Below, in pieces: positions 18,752-28,192 of a stretch of DNA of 64,000 nucleotides (position 1 is its first letter; every line of letters starts with the position of its first letter). The DNA lies in the IMG/VR virus record IMGVR_UViG_3300002920_000054, one strand, 5' to 3'. The DNA is from a virus. The notes below the pieces were generated by a model that was not told where the DNA came from, searched no databases, and saw nothing but the letters and a program-made list of their open reading frames with translations. Made by a program: the position numbers and the translations under genes.

Positions 18752-20447
18752 CCGAAGACCCTCTTACTAATATACCATTTATATTTTCTTCTAACTCTAA
18801 TAATTTATTTAAAAGATAGCTAATCGGCTTTTTATCTGTTAATAAATGTTGAAGCAATCTTAACCTTGCAAATGCTTTTGCAATGGCTTCTTGAGGTATA
18901 GAATGACGTTTTAAAATTTGAACTAATTTTTGGCCATCAATAGACTCAAGCCACTTCTCTACATTGTAAGGTAGAGTATTCTCTGGCGGCTCAGGTAAGG
19001 GGTTAATACTACTAAAACGAGCAATACCACTAGGAGTAATAGATGAATAGTCAAAAGCTTTATGGCTGTCAATTAAACGTGGAGTATTATCATAACCAAT
19101 CATAGTATCTGTTATACCATCTCTATCCATTCCTAAAATCGTATCCATAAGTAAAATTTTATGCCATAAACCATTTTTTTTAGCTTCTTCTTCCATTTTT
19201 TCAGCTCTTTCTTTAGACTCAATCGGAGAAGTATCCCAATTTTTATAAGTAATATACATTGGCTTGCCACCTTGTACTTTTGGATTTGAAGCGAACACAA
19301 TGGTAGGAACCACATCGCCCATATTAAATAAATTATGGGCAATATCATAATACGCTAAAGCTCTATTTCTTTTATCTTCATCAATTGTATCATCTATTCT
19401 TACTAATGCTTCCATGCCTTTATCATTTTTGGCTTTTTCAATATGTTTTGTAGTCGGATAGTCAGGAGTCTCTGATGATACATATAAACCATTTAAAATC
19501 TGGCTTTGACTATCGTTTAAAGGTATAATAGAATCTGAATTAGTTAAACGAATTAAAGGTCTTAAACCTTTTTTTAGCGCTAAATCTTCTGCTAAGTTCT
19601 CAAAATGGTCTAAATACTCATCGGCTACTTCTGGGAGTGCGGCTTTAATAATTTCACGTATTTTTTTGGGAGTATGTAAATTTTGTTTAATGATTTCAAG
19701 TATTTTCGTTTTTATTTCATCTGGTATAATCGTTTTTTTCTTTGCTTTTTTAGTACCTGATAAAGCAGAACCTGCAACAGCTTGTGCTGGCGCGACATTT
19801 CCCTGTCCTGCACTCAAAGTTTTTTGTAAATCAACTAATGCTAGTTTTAAAGCCTCAAACTTATTTAAATTTGGGTAAAAAGCAGAATCTAAAATAACAC
19901 TATCTACTTCAATTAGATGTTTACCTTCTGATTTACCAAGAGATTTTTCAACAATATCTTTATATTTATCATCTTCTAACAAATCAGCAATACAAGTTTT
20001 ATTGCAAGGTCTTAAAGTAAAAGCAACTCTACGACCTACCGACCTGACTAAATAATTTCCCTTTCTTTCTAAAGTTGAACCCTCTATAGAAAAACCTGCC
20101 AGTAATTTTTCTTTTCTTTTTGCGTAATATCTAATCATTGCGGCAGCAGCTACAGCTCCCGGATGCTCCTCATCATCGAATAATTCAGCAATAATATAAA
20201 CAAAAGGCTTTTTAACACTATCCCAGTACTTTTTTTGACGCTCATTTTCACAATCTTTTTCTGAAAAAATCTTTTTAGCATAAATAATATGACCAATAAT
20301 ATCATCAGGCTGACCATTTTCATGTTCAAAGTTGAGTACACCTTTCCCTTCAACTAAATCACTAATATCATGCCCTTTAATATCTAAAACTTCTCCAGAT
20401 GAATCTAGATGCTGAGATGCGGCAATACCATCAATTTTAAGCCCCAT
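18732..20447 (-). CDS. Prohead (maturation) protease fused to a C-terminal kinase-like domain
   Basis: N-terminal IDGIAAS..LDSSGE..LNFEH (His)...GFSIEG (Ser)...VAFTLRPCN is an HK97/SPO1-type protease. C-terminal ILLMDTILGMDRD...RLIDSHKAF is a degenerate PI3/4K-like motif set. Confidence 0.8.
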   Translation of the reverse strand: MGLKIDGIAASQHLDSSGEVLDIKGHDISDLVEGKGVLNFEHENGQPDDIIGHIIYAKKIFSEKDCENERQKKYWDSVKKPFVYIIAELFDDEEHPGAVAAAAMIRYYAKRKEKLLAGFSIEGSTLERKGNYLVRSVGRRVAFTLRPCNKTCIADLLEDDKYKDIVEKSLGKSEGKHLIEVDSVILDSAFYPNLNKFEALKLALVDLQKTLSAGQGNVAPAQAVAGSALSGTKKAKKKTIIPDEIKTKILEIIKQNLHTPKKIREIIKAALPEVADEYLDHFENLAEDLALKKGLRPLIRLTNSDSIIPLNDSQSQILNGLYVSSETPDYPTTKHIEKAKNDKGMEALVRIDDTIDEDKRNRALAYYDIAHNLFNMGDVVPTIVFASNPKVQGGKPMYITYKNWDTSPIESKERAEKMEEEAKKNGLWHKILLMDTILGMDRDGITDTMIGYDNTPRLIDSHKAFDYSSITPSGIARFSSINPLPEPPENTLPYNVEKWLESIDGQKLVQILKRHSIPQEAIAKAFARLRLLQHLLTDKKPISYLLNKLLELEENINGILVRGSSDGNVHN

Positions 20448-20473
20448 ATAAAAAAACCTCTAACTATTTTAAT

Positions 20474-20481
20474 AGATTAGG
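20474..20481 (-). promoter_or_regulatory. Putative late promoter box CCTAATCT
   Basis: Exact motif 26 nt upstream of the protease start. Confidence 0.6.
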
Positions 20482-20482
20482 G

Positions 20483-21253
20483 CTATTTTTGATTTTTCCT
20501 TTGGTCTTCCCAAACATTGTAATTTAAACTTTTAAATTCAATCCTACCAAATTCATTAAAACCAAAATTTGGAGGTATGAACGTTAAAATATGACGACAA
20601 TTAGGGTGCGTTGGACCAAGTGTAGGTATGGGATTTTTATAGTCTTTATTATAACCTTCTGCAAGTTCTGACATTTTATAAACCTTAGGAACTCGTATAT
20701 TACTTTCTAGATGCCAAAGTTTACGACAATTTTCGCACATTTTATCATCAATAACTCCAAGTTTTGCTACAACTGGGTCATCTACACCTACTGCCTGTGC
20801 AACTTGCTGGATACCCTCTTTCTCTGCGTAAGCTTGGGTTACCCTAGTTTCTGTATTTAATAAAGTCTTAAGGTAAGAAGTAGTGTCTGCAAAATGGTCT
20901 TTGATTGATTTTAAAGCTTCGTCCCAAGTCTCAGCTTGCATTACATCATGCATAATACGGTTGGCCACTTGTAATTTTTTAGCATCTATATAGTTAGCCG
21001 TAATATCCGATAAATGCTCAATATCCTCTTCATTTACTTTAGCACTTGGCGAAAACATGTGTGCAATCGTATAATTATATAGACCTTCTAAAGTATCAAT
21101 TGGGTCTGTCTGTTTTACAACTTGGAAATAAATAGATGGGCCTTTAAAAAAACGACCTAACATTCTAGCCTTTAAGTCGTTAAACATATCATCTAAAATA
21201 TCTAAAATAGCTTGACGTTGTTCCTTATTCAGTTTCATTGTCGTCTTTATCAA
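20483..21253 (-). CDS. Head morphogenesis protein (Mu gpF/SPP1 gp7-like)
   Basis: LNTETRVTQA...DDKMCENC...PTHPNCRHIL motif; lies between portal and protease. Confidence 0.7.
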   Translation of the reverse strand: MIKTTMKLNKEQRQAILDILDDMFNDLKARMLGRFFKGPSIYFQVVKQTDPIDTLEGLYNYTIAHMFSPSAKVNEEDIEHLSDITANYIDAKKLQVANRIMHDVMQAETWDEALKSIKDHFADTTSYLKTLLNTETRVTQAYAEKEGIQQVAQAVGVDDPVVAKLGVIDDKMCENCRKLWHLESNIRVPKVYKMSELAEGYNKDYKNPIPTLGPTHPNCRHILTFIPPNFGFNEFGRIEFKSLNYNVWEDQRKNQK

Positions 21254-23372
21254 CGTTTTTTAAGACTTCTTGCATTTTATCTAATGCTTCTTTAGTTTTT
21301 TGTTTCCAATTTTTCAAATGAGTGTCAACAAGCTGTCTTTGTCGATTTAATAAAATTTTAGAAATTTTTGTATGATTACTTTTTACAGCTTTATTTAAAG
21401 ACTCGCCAAAAGAGAATAGCCATTCTTCCATTTTTTGTTGGTCTTCTTCTGGATTGCCAGTAGGAAGTGGCGGTAGCTGACTAAAATCTTCTTCATGATT
21501 ATGGTCTTCCGCTGCTTCTGGAGCTTGACTTTCATTTGGGTTAGCACCTTGCTCTTGAGCCATCTGTTGTTGCATTGCTTGTTGTTGCATCATCATTTGT
21601 TGTTGCATCATCATTTGGGCTTTCTGTAGCATTATGTTTTGATATTGAAACCAAAATGGGTCTCTAACATATTGAAATCTTGGGTCTTTAGATGCACCTT
21701 TGCGATTAAAAAAGTTTTCTAAAATTTCTCCTACGGTTAGGTGTTGGAAAATCACTTGCTGGAAAGCTGGGTTTAAAGGAAATTTACCGCCTAACTCGTC
21801 TGGTAAAAGGGGTTTTTCTACTGCTTCTAAAACATCATTATAAGTCATGTAAATAGCCATGTCTTGCTGTAAACGAGCTGACTCTTTTTCTGGACTATCT
21901 TGCTCTAAGCCAGCAAATATAATTTTATAGTATTTGGCGATTTGTGGGTCAATTTCAGGTAAAATATGAGTGTTAAATAAATCTTGAATATCATACAATA
22001 ATGGACGAAGCCCGACATCTCTTGCTGCGGTCAGCTTCCACTCATTATTACTTTCAGCTAATGCTTGTGTATTAGTGCCTCTAGCAAGATGTGCATAACC
22101 GGGAAGCTCCTCTGGCGACATTTGGAAAGCTGATAAAATCACTCTGGCGTTATTATCCGATAGGTATTGAAACTCAGCATCTCTACCTGACATCTCTATC
22201 GGTTGCCAAGTAATATCTTCATTTGGACTAACCGCAAACACAGGCATACGCCATGAGTTTTGAACTGAATTTATAGATTGATGGAAATTTCTACTAATTT
22301 GTTGTATTCCGCCGTCATCAATAGAATCTGATTTAATCACTAGCATTCCACGAGCTGCGCGACCGTTTTGAAAGTATAATTTATTGTGAATTGTAATGTT
22401 AATATGAGTTGTAATAGCATTTAAAGCTTGGTCTATTGGAGTTAATGGATAACGATTATATTCTACATTAGTAGTTGGATAAAGATTATACCATATTAGT
22501 TCTTTTGCAGTAAAAGCTTGGGTTGGACGACCATTTATAACTTGCATGTAAACATATTCATCACGTTTATATTTTTCTGGGTCTAATTTTTCGTTTTTTA
22601 GTTGGGAAAGCACCTCAATAGCTTGAACACGTAAACTAGGGTCATGCTGTTGACTTGGTACTACATAATAAATAGTGCCGCTATCTACTGGTCTAAACCC
22701 ATAAAATACTTCTTTTAACTCACCGTCTTCTAATTTATAGGTGTATAATCTTTCAATACAAATCCTACCATAAGTTAACCCATCTCTTGTAATCATTTTT
22801 AATAATTGAGATAGGTTAATAGGCGTATGTTCACCTACTACTAACCCATCGCCACAATTCCATAAGAATTTCTTTATATAATCTAAACGTTTAACGATTT
22901 TTTCTTTTTCTTCAGTAGATAAATCTAATGTCGCTTCTGTAATTTCTTCTAATTCAAATCCAATAGAAAACCTAGAAGTTCTGGGACGACCAAAAGAAGC
23001 GACAATATTAGAACGAGCTTGTAAAATTTGGTTAACTAATTCATCACCATTAACACCTGCAATTCTTTTAAGTAATGGGTCTGGCGTAAGATTGGTTTTC
23101 ACATAATACATTCCTAAAGCGCCAACCTGATTGGCGGTATATGGGTCAACATCAAACGCCATTCTGACAGTTTTACGTTCTTGTCTATTTAACGATTTTA
23201 AAATAGCAGGTAACAACCCCTCTTCTTTTGGAGAAGACTTTTTAACATCTTCTTCTTCCAAAAAAGGCATAACATTAGGGTCGGCTATATAAACTCTGCG
23301 TTTAGATGAATTAGATTGATTATTATTTTGATTGTTGTCTTGATTATTGTTTTGGTTATTATTTTCAGCCAT
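21225..23372 (-). CDS. Portal protein (SPO1-like) with low-complexity N- and C-terminal extensions
   Basis: FRPVDSGTIY, TPIDQAL...YFQNGRAARGMLVI, SWRMPV, DAEF...ILSAFQMSPEEL; located downstream of the terminase. Confidence 0.85.
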   Translation of the reverse strand: MAENNNQNNNQDNNQNNNQSNSSKRRVYIADPNVMPFLEEEDVKKSSPKEEGLLPAILKSLNRQERKTVRMAFDVDPYTANQVGALGMYYVKTNLTPDPLLKRIAGVNGDELVNQILQARSNIVASFGRPRTSRFSIGFELEEITEATLDLSTEEKEKIVKRLDYIKKFLWNCGDGLVVGEHTPINLSQLLKMITRDGLTYGRICIERLYTYKLEDGELKEVFYGFRPVDSGTIYYVVPSQQHDPSLRVQAIEVLSQLKNEKLDPEKYKRDEYVYMQVINGRPTQAFTAKELIWYNLYPTTNVEYNRYPLTPIDQALNAITTHINITIHNKLYFQNGRAARGMLVIKSDSIDDGGIQQISRNFHQSINSVQNSWRMPVFAVSPNEDITWQPIEMSGRDAEFQYLSDNNARVILSAFQMSPEELPGYAHLARGTNTQALAESNNEWKLTAARDVGLRPLLYDIQDLFNTHILPEIDPQIAKYYKIIFAGLEQDSPEKESARLQQDMAIYMTYNDVLEAVEKPLLPDELGGKFPLNPAFQQVIFQHLTVGEILENFFNRKGASKDPRFQYVRDPFWFQYQNIMLQKAQMMMQQQMMMQQQAMQQQMAQEQGANPNESQAPEAAEDHNHEEDFSQLPPLPTGNPEEDQQKMEEWLFSFGESLNKAVKSNHTKISKILLNRQRQLVDTHLKNWKQKTKEALDKMQEVLKNVDKDDNETE

Positions 23373-23379
23373 AACTTAT

Positions 23380-24348
23380 TTACTCACACATAAAATATCT
23401 TACAGTCATAGGACTAATAGATTTATTTACAATAATGCATTTGTAAGTTAAACCCCATTTGGAGATAAAAGATGGTAAACTTTCATCACCGACTTGAACT
23501 GGCGTAATGATATTATTATCTGAAGTATCATCGTTAAAACGAACAACCGCATCTTGTGTAGTCTCAATGTAAATCAGTTTTTTAGCCGATTTATAAATAA
23601 TTAAAGTATTCGAAACATAAGGCACATTAGACTCAACTGGTATTGGAGTAGTTGCAATAAAATCAATAGTATTGGGTGTTGCGTTTAATACTTGATAAAT
23701 TTTTCTTGAAACCACATTAAGTGTACCCGTAATAGACATATAATCATTTGTTTGAACGCCATCGTCTGCATAAAAAATAACATCAGAAGCGACACTTGTG
23801 GTTATATTTTCGTTGATACCAACAAAATCACCATCTCTAATAGCAGTAACTACACTGCCATTTACGCCTACCACTCGCCAAAAACCAGAATTTAATGGGT
23901 TAAATGCAAATGGTGGCGTATCATATAAATCAACACTTTTAATGCGCATAATATCACCAGCTTGTACTGATGATAAATTTGCACCAACAAAATTAAATTC
24001 TGCCACTGCATTATTATTTATAGTTACGTTACAAGTTGTAATACCACTAACTGCTCTCAATGTTTTAAAACTAACACTACCTGTTACACTTAAACGATAA
24101 ACAGAATCATTAGAAGATAATCTTGTAACCGTAAGCTGCGAAGTGCCATCCAGACCTGTACTTATTGTACCATCATAAATTGTATAAGAAGTGTTGGGTG
24201 CCAATACTATGATATTACTTTGGGGTTTATTTACCTCTAATGAATATAACTTTCTACTAAAATCAAATGAACGTTGTTGAGGATTGTCAGTAATCATTGG
24301 GTCGTTATAAGCTAACAATTGATTTGTGATATTTAAAATACTTTTCAT
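23380..24348 (-). CDS. Hypothetical beta-rich virion protein (322 aa)
   Basis: ORF track; T/S/N/V-rich; CCTAATCT box and AAGGGAG RBS upstream. Confidence 0.7.
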   Translation of the reverse strand: MKSILNITNQLLAYNDPMITDNPQQRSFDFSRKLYSLEVNKPQSNIIVLAPNTSYTIYDGTISTGLDGTSQLTVTRLSSNDSVYRLSVTGSVSFKTLRAVSGITTCNVTINNNAVAEFNFVGANLSSVQAGDIMRIKSVDLYDTPPFAFNPLNSGFWRVVGVNGSVVTAIRDGDFVGINENITTSVASDVIFYADDGVQTNDYMSITGTLNVVSRKIYQVLNATPNTIDFIATTPIPVESNVPYVSNTLIIYKSAKKLIYIETTQDAVVRFNDDTSDNNIITPVQVGDESLPSFISKWGLTYKCIIVNKSISPMTVRYFMCE

Positions 24349-24372
24349 AATAAAAACACTCCCTTACATTAA

Positions 24373-24380
24373 AGATTAGG
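24373..24380 (-). promoter_or_regulatory. Putative late promoter box CCTAATCT (overlaps the terminase stop codon)
   Basis: Exact motif 24 nt upstream of the 24348 start. Confidence 0.55.
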
Positions 24381-26235
24381 TCTCATCATCTCCGCCAAAA
24401 TCCCATAAAACGCTACCCGCTTTACCTCTTAAAGAACCTGTATTATTCACTATATTCTCTATTATTGGAGTTAAAGATTTTTCTAAATCAATTGGTTTAG
24501 GTGCATCTAAAGTTTCTAATTTTTTAATATCAGTTACCAATACTTCACCTTTAGCTGTAAATAAATTTTGACCCATATATCTTAAAGCATCGGCAATATC
24601 AGCATACACCCCGTCATCGGGTTCTTGAGTTAGGTTCCCAACTGAGTCTAATTTAAATGCGTGGTTTTTAAACATATCAATTAAAATTTGAGTTCTATCA
24701 TGCCTAATTACTTTAAGCCTTCTAACACCAGCTGCATTTACAATTTGACCTCTAATTGCTTCAATACCACCTCTTACATCTTTTTTAAATTCTGCACAAG
24801 GCATTTTATTTTTATTAAATGAACGAATAAACATAGGCTCAGCGGTATCCGCAAACCATCTTAAAGGTTTATAATTATCTCTAACCTCTTTTGCTAGTGA
24901 TAACATTTCATCAAACTCCAGCTTAGGTATTGAATAAGCATCAATTAACCAAAACTCATGGCTAGGAAGTAATGCGCCGACAACTAGCGCAAAAGCGTGC
25001 CTATACCCCCAGTCAACCCCTGCATAAAATTTAATACCATTTTCTTTTAAAAGTGAGACTAATTTTGTTAAATTAACATCTTTATTAAGCTTAACACCTA
25101 AATATCTTTCAAATGCTTGTTCAATAGTATAAACGTTACCATTGCCATCTGCACTATCCAAAAATCTTGGATAAACTAAACCTTGAGATTGAGGGCGTTT
25201 ACATAACAATTGCGACTCAGCAATATCTGGGTCTTCATCACTTTTTGTAAACTGACTAATAGTAAAATCAATAGTTTTCCATAAACCACCTTTATCCTTA
25301 GGTGAACGTTTAGAAAGGTTACCCTTACAAACAGGAAGTAGCAGACATTTAGCACAACCACCCATTGCTTCAATAGGTTCGTATTTTTCTTTTTCTCTAT
25401 CTGTAAGATTTGTAAATTCTTCTGGAGTTAAAGTAGAAAGAGGTAAGTTTTTACTAATATACCTTGTTTCTTTAGGTAAATCTGGTCTATGTCTTTCTGG
25501 GGGACAATACTCAGTAATATCTAAGATGTTCCATTTAAATACTTTATAGTTCTTTTTGATAGCAGCATCCCACTCCTGCGAAAAAAGTCCACCAGCAAAT
25601 TTCAATGTAGAAGTTTTAATGGTTACAGGAAATTGACCATTAAAAGTATCAGGAATAAATTTAGCTTCTTTATATGCTCTCAATCCTTCAGCAGACCGAA
25701 TAGTATCTACTTCATCCACCGTAAATATGTTAGTATGCGATGAATTAGCCCCAGTTACTGTACAAACAATAATTTTAAGACCAGCTTTAGAACCGTCTGG
25801 GTGTTCCAAAGAAACTTCCCGACTATTTTGAGAATGTAATTTTATATTATGATAGTCTAAGTATGGCTTTAATTTTAATAAAAATCTTTCAATATAATTC
25901 TGAGCAGCTGAAGCCTGCGGTACAATGGCTGCCATGTGAGCAATGGTTGCTTTAAAATGGAGCATTGCAATAATTGCAAATACTGCTTCAGACAGTGTTT
26001 TGTACGATGAACGAGAAGAAATTACTAACACTTCTGGAGAGTTATTAGCTTCATTTTTTTCGTACATCTTATAAACTTCATACATCCACTGAATTGGACT
26101 AGAATTACTTTCTGGGTCAACAAAAGAGTCTGGAAACCACAAATCTAAAAAGTTACCAACCCATTTTTTTAAATGGTCTGGGCTACTAAAATGAACTAAA
26201 AATGTTTTTGCTAACTCTTCATTAAATGTATTCAT
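24376..26235 (-). CDS. terL: Terminase large subunit
   Basis: Walker A-like SRSSYKT, Walker B IFTVDEVD, nuclease motifs AGVDWGY, WFADTAEP and DIADALRY. Confidence 0.9.
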   Translation of the reverse strand: MNTFNEELAKTFLVHFSSPDHLKKWVGNFLDLWFPDSFVDPESNSSPIQWMYEVYKMYEKNEANNSPEVLVISSRSSYKTLSEAVFAIIAMLHFKATIAHMAAIVPQASAAQNYIERFLLKLKPYLDYHNIKLHSQNSREVSLEHPDGSKAGLKIIVCTVTGANSSHTNIFTVDEVDTIRSAEGLRAYKEAKFIPDTFNGQFPVTIKTSTLKFAGGLFSQEWDAAIKKNYKVFKWNILDITEYCPPERHRPDLPKETRYISKNLPLSTLTPEEFTNLTDREKEKYEPIEAMGGCAKCLLLPVCKGNLSKRSPKDKGGLWKTIDFTISQFTKSDEDPDIAESQLLCKRPQSQGLVYPRFLDSADGNGNVYTIEQAFERYLGVKLNKDVNLTKLVSLLKENGIKFYAGVDWGYRHAFALVVGALLPSHEFWLIDAYSIPKLEFDEMLSLAKEVRDNYKPLRWFADTAEPMFIRSFNKNKMPCAEFKKDVRGGIEAIRGQIVNAAGVRRLKVIRHDRTQILIDMFKNHAFKLDSVGNLTQEPDDGVYADIADALRYMGQNLFTAKGEVLVTDIKKLETLDAPKPIDLEKSLTPIIENIVNNTGSLRGKAGSVLWDFGGDDET

Positions 26236-26882
26236 GAACTATTTTGTTTATTCCTATCTTCAGTAATTAAATCTAAAATTTTTGCCGCAGTTTCTGGGCT
26301 GATTTTTTCATTATTAGTATTGATGTTTACATTAGTAGTATTTTTAACCTCACTAATAGTCTTAGTAACCTTATCTTGTCCTGTAATTTTTAAAAGCCCA
26401 TCCATTAGTTTAAGTAATCCATTTATACTATCTATGTTTAACACTCCTTTTAATTCCGCTTCATCTCCAGTCTGTAAATACCTTTTTATTTTATCAGAAT
26501 AACGCCTATTCGTTGCTACTAAAATATCACTTATCAATCCAGTAGTCTCAAGCTGCGCTTTAATCACTTTTTCTTTAATATGGTCTTGTAGTGATTGAAT
26601 GTATTGGTCTCGTGTTTCGTCCCAATTATATTTAATCCGAGCCCATAAAATAGCCTCATACGGAAACCCTTTATTTAGCCTATGAATTTCTTTACAATCA
26701 GAACCATTTAAATATAATTCAAAAAACTTAGCACAAACATCGGGAGCTAAAGGATGTTTACCGCTTTCAATGTAATTTTTTAAACGAGTAAACTCATCTT
26801 CAGGTAGAAGTTCTTGCGCTTTTTTTAATTGTTCTTCAATAGAAATTATATTACTCATAAGCAGAAGGATTCCTTGAATCAA
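26232..26882 (-). CDS. terS: Probable terminase small subunit
   Basis: Directly upstream of and coupled to terL; HTH-like N-terminal region (YLNGSDCKEIHR...W..KYNWD) followed by helices. Confidence 0.55.
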   Translation of the reverse strand: MIQGILLLMSNIISIEEQLKKAQELLPEDEFTRLKNYIESGKHPLAPDVCAKFFELYLNGSDCKEIHRLNKGFPYEAILWARIKYNWDETRDQYIQSLQDHIKEKVIKAQLETTGLISDILVATNRRYSDKIKRYLQTGDEAELKGVLNIDSINGLLKLMDGLLKITGQDKVTKTISEVKNTTNVNINTNNEKISPETAAKILDLITEDRNKQNSS

Positions 26883-27183
26883 ATGTTAATTTATCATTTA
26901 CTTTAATTACTACGACAGTATCCGACCATAAAATATACTTAATCCATTTAGCAATTTGAGGTTGCAACTCTATAAATTTTTTAGTCTTCTTAAACCGTTT
27001 GGTTTTAGAAACTGCTTTAATTTCCACATAATGATTATCAGTATCCACTAAAACTTCAGCAGACTTTATCTGTGGCAATAATAAAGGCCACATCTTAAGC
27101 TGTAAAACTTGCGCTTCATGTAATAAACCCCATCTTTCAGTAATAGTTTTTAAATATAAAATTTGCTCCTCTAAATTATTCAT
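26851..27183 (-). CDS. Hypothetical protein (110 aa)
   Basis: ORF track; coupled within the operon. Confidence 0.65.
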   Translation of the reverse strand: MNNLEEQILYLKTITERWGLLHEAQVLQLKMWPLLLPQIKSAEVLVDTDNHYVEIKAVSKTKRFKKTKKFIELQPQIAKWIKYILWSDTVVVIKVNDKLTFDSRNPSAYE

Positions 27184-27184
27184 A

Positions 27185-28180
27185 TTATTGTTTTAAAAAT
27201 GGACATGTGCTATAAATATCCTCTAGTATCCTCTTTGATGTTAATTCGTCTAATTTATTATTTACAGCGTATTGATTAAAAAATTTACCAAAAGAAACAT
27301 TTAACCCTTCACTCTCTTTAATGATAATCTTTGTTTCGTCATTTTTTAAGACGGTTCTTACTTTAGTGTTTTCAGGTAAAGTTTGAGCAACCTTTTTAAT
27401 AAAATCTTGGCTACCTTTTACCTCTATAAATACTTTAGAAGAAGAATCGATTTTGGGTATTGGTTGACCTTCTTCAATTATAAATTCTTTAAAAGGCTCG
27501 CATACATTTTCAGGTGTTGGTATAAATTCCATATAACCATCTGACTTTAATAATGTTACACCTTTTACCTCACCAATATCAGAACGAGTCAGCATACGCG
27601 GTGTACCGATATATCTTACAACAACTTGGCCTAACTTATTAGTAATATCTTGTTTTTTATGTATATGGCCTGAAATATATACTATATCATTTGGTACTTT
27701 ATCAAGTTCTACACCATGCGGAGCGTAAAAACCATTTTCATATTGCGCTCCATTAAATTCAGCATGACATAATAAAATTTTAGCTCCTAAACTTTTCGCA
27801 GCCAAAGCTATATCAGAAAATAAAACATTATCACGAATAAAACCAACTGCATACATTTTTAAATTTTCATCTATTAAAGTAAGTCTGTTACCAATAACTA
27901 AAGTATCATTTTCATGAGCAAGCATAGAGCTTGTAACACCAGCAGGGTTTAAATCATGGTTACCAACTAAAGAAATAGAATTAGGTATTTGCTTATACGC
28001 ATTTTTCCAAAACTCTAACACCTCAACCCGTACTAAACCAAAATCATTATATTGGTCTCCTAAAAATATTACTCTAGCATTATATTTTTTAGATAAATCG
28101 GCTATCCATCCAATTAACTTCTTGGACTCCTCTATATTGTCCCGCTTAACATGCATATCACCGACTAACAAGTAATTCAT
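27185..28180 (-). CDS. sbcD: SbcD/Mre11-like metallophosphoesterase nuclease
   Basis: GDMH, LGDQ, VGNHD, LCH and SGHIH motifs. Confidence 0.8.
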   Translation of the reverse strand: MNYLLVGDMHVKRDNIEESKKLIGWIADLSKKYNARVIFLGDQYNDFGLVRVEVLEFWKNAYKQIPNSISLVGNHDLNPAGVTSSMLAHENDTLVIGNRLTLIDENLKMYAVGFIRDNVLFSDIALAAKSLGAKILLCHAEFNGAQYENGFYAPHGVELDKVPNDIVYISGHIHKKQDITNKLGQVVVRYIGTPRMLTRSDIGEVKGVTLLKSDGYMEFIPTPENVCEPFKEFIIEEGQPIPKIDSSSKVFIEVKGSQDFIKKVAQTLPENTKVRTVLKNDETKIIIKESEGLNVSFGKFFNQYAVNNKLDELTSKRILEDIYSTCPFLKQ

Positions 28181-28192
28181 AAAAAATTCCTT

